From Promethearchaeota archaeon (GTDB lineage Archaea; Asgardarchaeota; Lokiarchaeia; Sigyniarchaeales; SOKP01), in the NCBI GenBank assembly GCA_011364975.1, contig RDOE01000089.1:1-12854 (forward strand): DNA of 12,854 bases. The letters run 5' to 3'. Made by a program: the position numbers and the translations under genes. Below are positions 1-6,376 of this stretch, in pieces. Below the pieces are notes generated by a model, which saw only the letters and a program-made list of their open reading frames with translations, searched no databases and was not told where the DNA came from. Position 1 is the stretch's first letter; each line of letters begins with the position of its first letter.

Positions 1-2
1 CG

Positions 3-167
3 CTTCAAGTAGGGAGTGCTTTAGACTTGAAAAATATTCTCTTAGCTATTGATATGCGTGATGATCAAGCGAAAAAAATTATCAATAAGATTATAGAAGA
101 TGGTGGACCAATCGAATACGATAACTCTACTGGTACAATTACCCTTAAGGAGGAGGTTGATTTCTAA
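3..167 (+). CDS. 5'-truncated CDS; C-terminal winged helix-turn-helix, probable paralog of the downstream gene
   Basis: Not in the ORF track. Manual translation of frame 3 gives LQVGSALDLKNILLAIDMRDDQAKKIINKIIEDGGPIEYDNSTGTITLKEEVDF*. The stop TAA (165-167) overlaps the next ATG (TAATG). The helix-helix-beta-hairpin pattern aligns by eye with the C-terminus of 167..904. Confidence 0.8.
   Translation, partial: LQVGSALDLKNILLAIDMRDDQAKKIINKIIEDGGPIEYDNSTGTITLKEEVDF
148..160 (+). promoter_or_regulatory. Shine-Dalgarno site for 167..904
   Basis: AGGAGGAGGTTGA ends 6 nt before ATG 167. Confidence 0.7.
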
Positions 168-904
168 TGAGCTCAAATTTAAAGGAAATTCTCGGTTTAA
201 TTGAAAAACTTGAAACTACTTTTGATGAATATCTACAATCCCTCCAAAAAGATAAAGAAGGTGTGTTACAGAATTTAAGTCAAACTTGGAAAAAAATGAA
301 AGAAGAACAACTTGAAATTGAAAAGTTTGAACAAACAGTTAATACTCAAAATTCTGAATTAACGGAATTAACTATGAAGTTACAAGAATTAGAAAAACAA
401 TTATCTGATTTAAGTTCAATCAAGCAAGATAATCTTTCAAAAATTAATGAATTAAATAATAATTTTGAAAAAGCCTCTGTTGAATTAAAAGCTCCTTCTA
501 GTGAATTAGAAAACCTCCAATTAAAATTGAAAACATTAAACGAAAGATTATCAATCAAAGAGTCCGAAAAGATCGCCCTTGACCAGAGGAAGATCGATAA
601 CGAAAATAGAGAAAGACAATTAAAGATTTTATATACTGAAGATAAAATGGAAGAGCTTAATAGAAAATTAGCATTACTTAAAAAAGATAATTACTTTACA
701 TCGTTTTTAATTGAAAATTCTAAAGAAGATTTTCCTGAAGTGGATATTATCTCCACAATTATGAATCAAGGAAGCTGTAATCTGGAAGAACTGAAAAAGT
801 TGCTCGATGTCCCTCCAATAATGGCTCTCAGGACGATCAAGCAACTTGCAGTCAAAGGTATCATAAATCTTGATGATAATACCAATATTATTAGCTTACC
901 ATAA
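167..904 (+). CDS. Long coiled-coil protein with C-terminal winged-helix domain, function unknown
   Basis: About 175 residues rich in E/K/L/Q/N with heptad leucines, then DIISTIMNQGSCNLEELKKLLDVPPIMALRTIKQLAVKGIINLDDNTNIISL (wHTH pattern). No ATPase motifs. Confidence 0.8.
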   Translation: MSSNLKEILGLIEKLETTFDEYLQSLQKDKEGVLQNLSQTWKKMKEEQLEIEKFEQTVNTQNSELTELTMKLQELEKQLSDLSSIKQDNLSKINELNNNFEKASVELKAPSSELENLQLKLKTLNERLSIKESEKIALDQRKIDNENRERQLKILYTEDKMEELNRKLALLKKDNYFTSFLIENSKEDFPEVDIISTIMNQGSCNLEELKKLLDVPPIMALRTIKQLAVKGIINLDDNTNIISLP

Positions 905-911
905 TAATACA

Positions 912-925
912 TCTTTTTTGATTTT
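912..925 (+). terminator. Putative archaeal oligo-T terminator
   Basis: TCTTTTTTGATTTT a few nt after the stop of 167..904. Weak evidence in AT-rich DNA. Confidence 0.4.
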
Positions 926-933
926 ATACTTTA

Positions 934-1016
934 AGAGATCTAAGCGACTCCTTATAGGTTTCTAAATTTGTCTATAAAGTTAATAGAAGTACTATATACC
1001 TACTGGAGTGATTTTT
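934..1016. other. Candidate multi-stem hairpin in the intergenic region
   Basis: Nested complementary segments: ACTCC 947-951/GGAGT 1005-1009, TAGGT 955-959/ACCTA 998-1002, TTCTA 960-964/TAGAA 984-988, plus weaker G-U-containing stems 934-940/1010-1016 and 965-969/977-981. Confidence 0.35.
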
Positions 1017-1185
1017 ACAATCTTTTAAACTTTTAATTAAAATTCTTTGAAAATAACATTAAAAAGATTTAGATTTTTTAAAAACTAGGTTTCAAGTTTT
1101 TTCTTTGATCATTTATGTAAACCTAAATTTTTTTAAATGAGTTTTCGTTATTACTTTCCAAACATATCGAAGAAAACTTTTAAAA

Positions 1186-2397
1186 ATGGAGAACAAAGAT
1201 ATTATACTTGGTATTTTATTAATTGCTGTAGTTGGGTTAGGTGGAGGACTAGGTTATGTCATTATTGCAGGTCCAAGCTTATTTGGTCCAAATCCTACTG
1301 AGGAACCGCCAACTGACCTATTTGGACTTCCTGATGATTGGTCAAATGCTCCAAATGCCTCATATTTCACACTTTATAATCAAACAGGTGATTCATTTTC
1401 AGTTACTTTAAAAGATATCTTGGATGGAATAACCTTAGCCTTAGAAGAACAAGCCGCGGGAGGCCCTGAAATAAATGAATATAAAAAAATCATATATCCT
1501 TATACATTTCTTGAATCTAGCACTGGACTTTACGTTACTGGCGTCGATCTGTTAGATATATTAGAAGCATTTGATATAAATTTTGGTTGGGATCTTAAGT
1601 TAACATCTGCTTACGGACACACATTAGAAATAACGACAGGGGATATCATTGCTAAAATGTATGAAGGCAATGAAGAGAGTATTATTGTGGCAATTGCAGC
1701 AAATAAACAATGGCTAGCACAATCTCCAGTAGGTCCATACTGGGGAAATTTTAGTTTTGTCGGAGAATTAATGTCCTCAGCAATATATAATTTAGAGTCT
1801 GTAGATGTTTCAAGTGACTGGACTGTTGAAATAATAGTAAACGGAACGGTTGAATATATTATAGATCCATCAAATATGACATATAATGAGTATGATGATG
1901 TCTATCATTATGATAGAGATGATTGGTGGAACTTTAATAGACATTACTGGGGAAGAAATATTTCCGAAATTATCTCTCACACATCAGCAGCAGGCTTAAA
2001 TTACACTATGAGAACTTGGTCAGTGGATGGTTATGCCACACCCCGGCCTTTTGGTACTAAGAAAGAATTAAGATATAATAACACTCACATCGAAGAGGGG
2101 ATAATACCACCTTATCCTAACAATATTGGTGGAACAAATGATTTAGTTAATGCCTCACAGGTACCACTCCCTCAAACTAATCTTTTAATGGCGTTAGTTT
2201 ATGCAGACCAAGAATTCGGGGAAACAGGACAAGGAATTACCGATCCAGTTTGGCCATATAGAATGATGTGTGGTTATCATCGTGGACCATTTTATCTAAT
2301 TGTACCCAATCGACCAAGAGATTCATACCTTTCATATGTTACTCAAATAGAAATAACTAAATATCTAGGACCAATTCCATCAGGATTTATTTTGTAA
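1186..2397 (+). CDS. Membrane-anchored extracellular protein with two degenerate sulfite-oxidase-fold (Oxidored_molyb-like) domains; putative cofactor-binding protein
   Basis: N-terminal TM helix and Pro-rich linker, then two repeats of the fold signature: TGVDLLDILE..LTSAYGH..IIVAIAANKQWL..GNFSFV..IYNLESVDV and WGRNISEIIS..TWSVDGY..LLMALVY..GPFYLIVP..LSYVTQIEI. Nine N-x-S/T sequons. The only Cys is not at the Mo-ligand position. Confidence 0.7.
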   Translation: MENKDIILGILLIAVVGLGGGLGYVIIAGPSLFGPNPTEEPPTDLFGLPDDWSNAPNASYFTLYNQTGDSFSVTLKDILDGITLALEEQAAGGPEINEYKKIIYPYTFLESSTGLYVTGVDLLDILEAFDINFGWDLKLTSAYGHTLEITTGDIIAKMYEGNEESIIVAIAANKQWLAQSPVGPYWGNFSFVGELMSSAIYNLESVDVSSDWTVEIIVNGTVEYIIDPSNMTYNEYDDVYHYDRDDWWNFNRHYWGRNISEIISHTSAAGLNYTMRTWSVDGYATPRPFGTKKELRYNNTHIEEGIIPPYPNNIGGTNDLVNASQVPLPQTNLLMALVYADQEFGETGQGITDPVWPYRMMCGYHRGPFYLIVPNRPRDSYLSYVTQIEITKYLGPIPSGFIL

Positions 2398-2408
2398 ATA
2401 CCTAAAAA

Positions 2409-2448
2409 TTTATTTTTTTTTATATTCATTCAACTAAAATAAAAATAA
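2409..2448 (+). terminator. Putative intra-operon oligo-T terminator with downstream A-rich complement
   Basis: T9 run at 2413-2421 just after the stop at 2397, followed by TAAAATAAAAATAA at 2435-2448. Confidence 0.4.
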
Positions 2449-2459
2449 GAGACATAATT

Positions 2460-3356
2460 ATGAAAATTGTAAAAAATTATTATTTATTAAGTATATTGAG
2501 TATCTCGTTATGCTTTTTAATATCAATACCCTCTACTCTTGGTTTTTGGGGCTATGGAGATTGCACTAATTATCACGGTCTTACCTATATTAAACCTTAT
2601 TTAGAGGATAATGCTGTGATAAATTTGGATGGCGTTCCAAGCGAATCTTTCTGGACAGAACATTCAGATTCTACAAAAAATGGTTCCCTTATTATACCTT
2701 TAGCATCAAAAATTACAGAAACAGAATTTTTTATTGTATACCTTGATATAGTATTTGTTCTTTCAGAAGAGTATCTTTACATTTTATGTAGCTGGGAAGA
2801 TAACACAACCAGACCCGATTTAGGAGGCAATTATTATGATGGGCTCTATTTTTGTTGGAATATAAATGTTCCTAATTTTTCTGCTTATTTTTTAGGAGGG
2901 ATGGATACTAATGAGATGGGTGGGGGTGATGTCGATTGTTGGGATTGGAGAATTATGTCATCTTCACCCCCAAATGGGACTTCTAATTACTGTGATGATC
3001 TATGTTTTGGAACCTATGGATGGTATGATCCTTTTTTAGAAAGTGAAAATGTTAAAGTAGCTTATACATATAAAGCGAATTCATCTTATACCCTTGAAAT
3101 TGAAAGAAAATTAGTTACTGGTGAGGATTATGATGTTCAGATTAATAAAAGTCAGCTCTATCTCTTTAATATCGGAATAATGCAAGATGGAACTCATGAA
3201 GATCATGCCATATCTTGGACTTATGCTTTAGATCTAAGAAATGAAGAGCAAACAGCTATTATTTTTGGGCCAAATCCTATAATTTTTACATTAATTATGA
3301 TTTTGTCAATTGTTACCATTATAAAATGCATTAGGGGAAAAAAAAAAGTCATCTAA
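2460..3356 (+). CDS. Secreted, C-terminally anchored DOMON-like (ethylbenzene dehydrogenase gamma subunit/EB_dh-like) putative heme b protein
   Basis: Signal peptide; motifs INLDGVPSESFW, YLYILCSWED.T, DGLYFCW, GGM..DVDCWDWR, YTLEIERKLVTGEDYDVQI, LFNIGI..H..H; C-terminal TM helix plus RGKKK tail; six sequons. Confidence 0.7.
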   Translation: MKIVKNYYLLSILSISLCFLISIPSTLGFWGYGDCTNYHGLTYIKPYLEDNAVINLDGVPSESFWTEHSDSTKNGSLIIPLASKITETEFFIVYLDIVFVLSEEYLYILCSWEDNTTRPDLGGNYYDGLYFCWNINVPNFSAYFLGGMDTNEMGGGDVDCWDWRIMSSSPPNGTSNYCDDLCFGTYGWYDPFLESENVKVAYTYKANSSYTLEIERKLVTGEDYDVQINKSQLYLFNIGIMQDGTHEDHAISWTYALDLRNEEQTAIIFGPNPIIFTLIMILSIVTIIKCIRGKKKVI

Positions 3357-3363
3357 GAACAAT

Positions 3364-3927
3364 ATGGAAAAAAGAAATTTTTATATCCTTATAGCATCAA
3401 TTTTGATTGGAATGTCAGTATTTTGGATTTCAGTCTATAGTTTTATCATATTAGATATTGATCCATTTCAAAATATTAAAAATCTTTTTCCAGAAGAAAA
3501 TACAATTGTGATTACAATCAAAGGGAATGTAGTCGAGGAATTTGAACTAACCCTAAGTGAATTAAAATCAGATCGGTATTTGCAAATTGAAGATAAACAA
3601 TTTCATTTTCTGAATGCAATTGGAAGAGAATATGACTTAATATTTTCAGGAGTATCACTCTGGAGTATTTTAAGTGTAGAAAACCTCTTAAAACCAGGTG
3701 CTATGACTTTTCTCTTCATTGGAGGAGATGGTTATTATGCAGAGACTCCTCTTTCCCTTTCATTAGCTGAGCAAAATCCAGAACAAGTGATTTTAGCTTA
3801 TGAACAAGATGGTGAACCATTATTTTATGATGGTCCTTTAAGATCAGTGGTTGATCATGAAGTTATACCGGATAAAGCAAACACTCATTATGCTGTTAAA
3901 TACTTAAAAACCATACTTATTGAATAA
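3364..3927 (+). CDS. Membrane-anchored single Oxidored_molyb-like (SUOX/MsrP fold) protein with no cysteine
   Basis: N-terminal TM helix; ITIKGNV..ELTLSELKS, FSGVSLWSIL, FIGGDGY, VILAYEQDGEPL..GPLRSVV, VKYLKTILI are typical of the fold. No Cys anywhere in the protein. Confidence 0.85.
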   Translation: MEKRNFYILIASILIGMSVFWISVYSFIILDIDPFQNIKNLFPEENTIVITIKGNVVEEFELTLSELKSDRYLQIEDKQFHFLNAIGREYDLIFSGVSLWSILSVENLLKPGAMTFLFIGGDGYYAETPLSLSLAEQNPEQVILAYEQDGEPLFYDGPLRSVVDHEVIPDKANTHYAVKYLKTILIE

Positions 3928-3940
3928 TGAGGGATATTAT

Positions 3941-4546
3941 TTGAAGTCCGATAATAAAGTTGAAGAATTCAAGAAGACAGGATATTTATTACAAAAATCT
4001 AATAAAATCACTAACTTAGACTTAATATATTCTGTAATAATAGGAATTTTAGGTGGTATTATATCGAGTCTTATTCCCTTTAGTATTTTAATAAAAGTTT
4101 GGTATCCATTAACAGGGGGCACTCAATTAGTAAGTGGACATCATGTTATTTGGGCATCAATTATCTATGGACTGACCAAAAAAAAAACTAATATTTTAAT
4201 TACGATGCTAGCAAAAGGACTACTTGAATTTCTTTTTGGTGATCCATGGGGTTTGTTAATTATATTTGTTAATGTGATGGAGGCATTATGCTTAGCTGGC
4301 GGATTTTGGCTAATGGAAAAGATAGGGGAAGGTGAAACCAAACTAGGATGGGGGATTGCTGGAGGGTTAGGAAACTTTATCCAAGCTCCATTTTTTTGGA
4401 TAATTAACCAGAGGTGGTATCTTCATTGGACCTTATGGGTGTTAGCTTTTATGTTTGCCTTTATCTCGGGTATAATAATTGTTGGTTTATTAGGAAGAGC
4501 TATAAAAAATAGCCTGATCAAAGCAGGCGTCCCAACTACGTTTTAA
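3941..4546 (+). CDS. ECF transporter substrate-binding S component (YkoE-like family), substrate unknown
   Basis: About 200 aa with ~6 TM helices and GLLEFLFGDPWG; adjacent to the ECF ATPase and T genes. Start moved from TTG 3920 to the in-frame TTG 3941, which follows GAGGGA. Confidence 0.8.
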   Translation: MKSDNKVEEFKKTGYLLQKSNKITNLDLIYSVIIGILGGIISSLIPFSILIKVWYPLTGGTQLVSGHHVIWASIIYGLTKKKTNILITMLAKGLLEFLFGDPWGLLIIFVNVMEALCLAGGFWLMEKIGEGETKLGWGIAGGLGNFIQAPFFWIINQRWYLHWTLWVLAFMFAFISGIIIVGLLGRAIKNSLIKAGVPTTF

Positions 4547-4547
4547 C

Positions 4548-4555
4548 GGAGAGTG
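4548..4555 (+). promoter_or_regulatory. SD-like site for the ECF ATPase
   Basis: GGAGAGTG ends 6 nt before ATT 4562. Confidence 0.5.
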
Positions 4556-4561
4556 CTTTAA

Positions 4562-6370
4562 ATTCCTTCTAATAATAATTTAGCTCTTTCTTTTAATGAT
4601 TTCTCTTTTATTTATGATGATAATGAGAATGTAAGTCCTGCAGTTTCTAATATTAATTTTGAGTTAAAAGAGGGAGAAACTTTAATTTTAGCAGGACCAA
4701 GTGGTAGTGGGAAATCTACCCTTTCATATGCTATGAATGGAATTATTCCATGGCGATTAAAAGGATTGATGAAAGGTTTTGTAAAAGTCTTAGGAATAGA
4801 TATCTGGGATTATGAGTATTCAGAATTAAGCAAAATAGTTGGTTTAGTAAAACAGAATCCACTAGATCAGCTAACAACCTTCACCGTACGGGATGAAATA
4901 GCTTTTGGTCTTGAGAATATGAGATATCCTAAAGATGAAATATTAAAAAAAGTGGATGAAATCGCTAAATTTATGAAAATTACTCCTCTTTTAGATAGAG
5001 ATATTAATCAACTAAGTGGGGGTCAAAAACAACTTACTGTATTAAGTTCATTTCTAGCAATGGACCCAAAAATATTGATTTTAGATGAACCAATCGCATT
5101 TTTAGATCAAAATTCCGAAAGTTTATTGTTAAACCAATTAAAAAGATTGAAAAAATCTAATAGATATCGCTTTACGCTAGTTATCATAGAACATAGGTTA
5201 TCTAGAGTGATAGATATTGCAGATAAACTAGTAGTGTTAAATGAAAATGGAGAAATGCATCTAGCTGGTGATATAGCGAAAATTTTAAGAAATAAATATA
5301 ATTCTTTGAAGTCATGTAATCTTAGAGTTCCTTGGTCTATTGATATTATAAATCAATTTAAAAAGTTAAATTTAAATCACCTTGAAATGATCAATCCAAT
5401 AAATTTTAATGAAATAATGCAGCTTATTCAAAATCTTCCAAAAGAGTATCTTAAGGTCTTAAAAAATATAATTATTGAAACTGAAATTAATCCAAAAGCT
5501 TTGCAAGAGTATGAGAGTTATGAACAAATAATCAATTTCCCAGATTTATACATCGAATCATTAAAAGACAAAAAAGAAGATGAGACTAAATATTTAGCTG
5601 ACAAAGTTAAAGATAAGACCGCTGAAGTCATCTTAGAAACCCAACATTTGAATTTTATATATCCAAACAGTGGAATAAAAGCTATTGATGATCTTTCAAT
5701 AAAAATTGAAAAAGGAGATTTTATTGGTCTGGTTGGACCGAACGGTTCCGGAAAAACTACTTTACTTTACTTATTAGCAAATTTATACCAACCAATTAAG
5801 GGAAATATCTTATTTAACGGAATTAATATAAACAAGATCGATCCCCTCGAATATGCCAGAAAAATAGGCTTTATATTTCAAAACCCTGAAAATATGATCT
5901 TTAAATCAACCATAAAAGAAGAGATATTATATGCTCCCTTAAATTTTGGAATTTTAAATGAGATCTCTAATGAATATCTGAGTAAATTAATTAAACTAAT
6001 TGGAGTTAAGGATCATAATCGAAACCCATTTAAACTAAGTTGGGGACAAAAAAGAAGATTGAATTTAAGCTCGATCTTCATCTACAATCCTGAAATAATT
6101 CTGTTGGATGAACCATTTATCGGTCAAGATCAAAAAACAATTGATTCATTAATTGAAACACTATACTTAGAAAATAAAAGGGGTAAAACGATAATAATCT
6201 CCTCTCATGATTATCATCTATTATTAAAATATACTAAGCGTATTTTAGAATTAAATAAGGATGGTAGCTTGATAGATTACGATACTAAAGAGAATTATTT
6301 CACGAAACATAAAAGTTTGGGTCCAATAATATTATTGAATGAAATTAATAAGTTAATAGAAGAGATATGA
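4562..6370 (+). CDS. ecfA: ECF transporter fused double ABC ATPase (EcfA-A', YkoD-like), ~602 aa, probable ATT start
   Basis: NBD1: GPSGSGKST (4694-4720, upstream of the track's ATG 4733), QNP, LSGGQKQ, ILILDEP, EHR. NBD2: GPNGSGKTT, FQNP, LSWGQKRR, ILLDEP, SHD. The frame is open from 4562, after in-frame TAA 4559-4561. Confidence 0.93.
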   Translation: MPSNNNLALSFNDFSFIYDDNENVSPAVSNINFELKEGETLILAGPSGSGKSTLSYAMNGIIPWRLKGLMKGFVKVLGIDIWDYEYSELSKIVGLVKQNPLDQLTTFTVRDEIAFGLENMRYPKDEILKKVDEIAKFMKITPLLDRDINQLSGGQKQLTVLSSFLAMDPKILILDEPIAFLDQNSESLLLNQLKRLKKSNRYRFTLVIIEHRLSRVIDIADKLVVLNENGEMHLAGDIAKILRNKYNSLKSCNLRVPWSIDIINQFKKLNLNHLEMINPINFNEIMQLIQNLPKEYLKVLKNIIIETEINPKALQEYESYEQIINFPDLYIESLKDKKEDETKYLADKVKDKTAEVILETQHLNFIYPNSGIKAIDDLSIKIEKGDFIGLVGPNGSGKTTLLYLLANLYQPIKGNILFNGININKIDPLEYARKIGFIFQNPENMIFKSTIKEEILYAPLNFGILNEISNEYLSKLIKLIGVKDHNRNPFKLSWGQKRRLNLSSIFIYNPEIILLDEPFIGQDQKTIDSLIETLYLENKRGKTIIISSHDYHLLLKYTKRILELNKDGSLIDYDTKENYFTKHKSLGPIILLNEINKLIEEI

Positions 6371-6376
6371 AATAAA

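Noticed and set aside
346-558. 70-aa minus-strand ORF
   Set aside because: Antisense shadow of the coiled-coil gene; F/S/N/L composition mirrors its E/K/Q codons.
167-904. SMC/Rad50 or ESCRT-III/CdvB assignment
   Set aside because: No Walker motifs, hinge or zinc hook, and no recognisable Snf7 core; coiled-coil similarity alone is non-specific.
934-1016. Known riboswitch or SECIS element
   Set aside because: No recognisable TPP, cobalamin, FMN, Moco or fluoride consensus; no AUGA/GA SECIS core and no in-frame TGA selenoprotein candidate nearby.
1031-1042. Perfect palindrome TTTTAATTAAAA
   Set aside because: A/T only; expected by chance at this composition.
3364-3927. Calling this gene msrP/yedY or sulfite oxidase
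   Set aside because: No Mo-ligating Cys, no Tat signal and no MsrQ-like partner.
3937-4122. 61-aa minus-strand ORF
   Set aside because: Antisense to the S-component gene; no motif.
4553-4561. GTG 4553 as ATPase start, or a pseudogene call
   Set aside because: GTG is followed by CTT TAA in frame. All motifs in both NBDs are intact, so ATT initiation is simpler than pseudogenisation.
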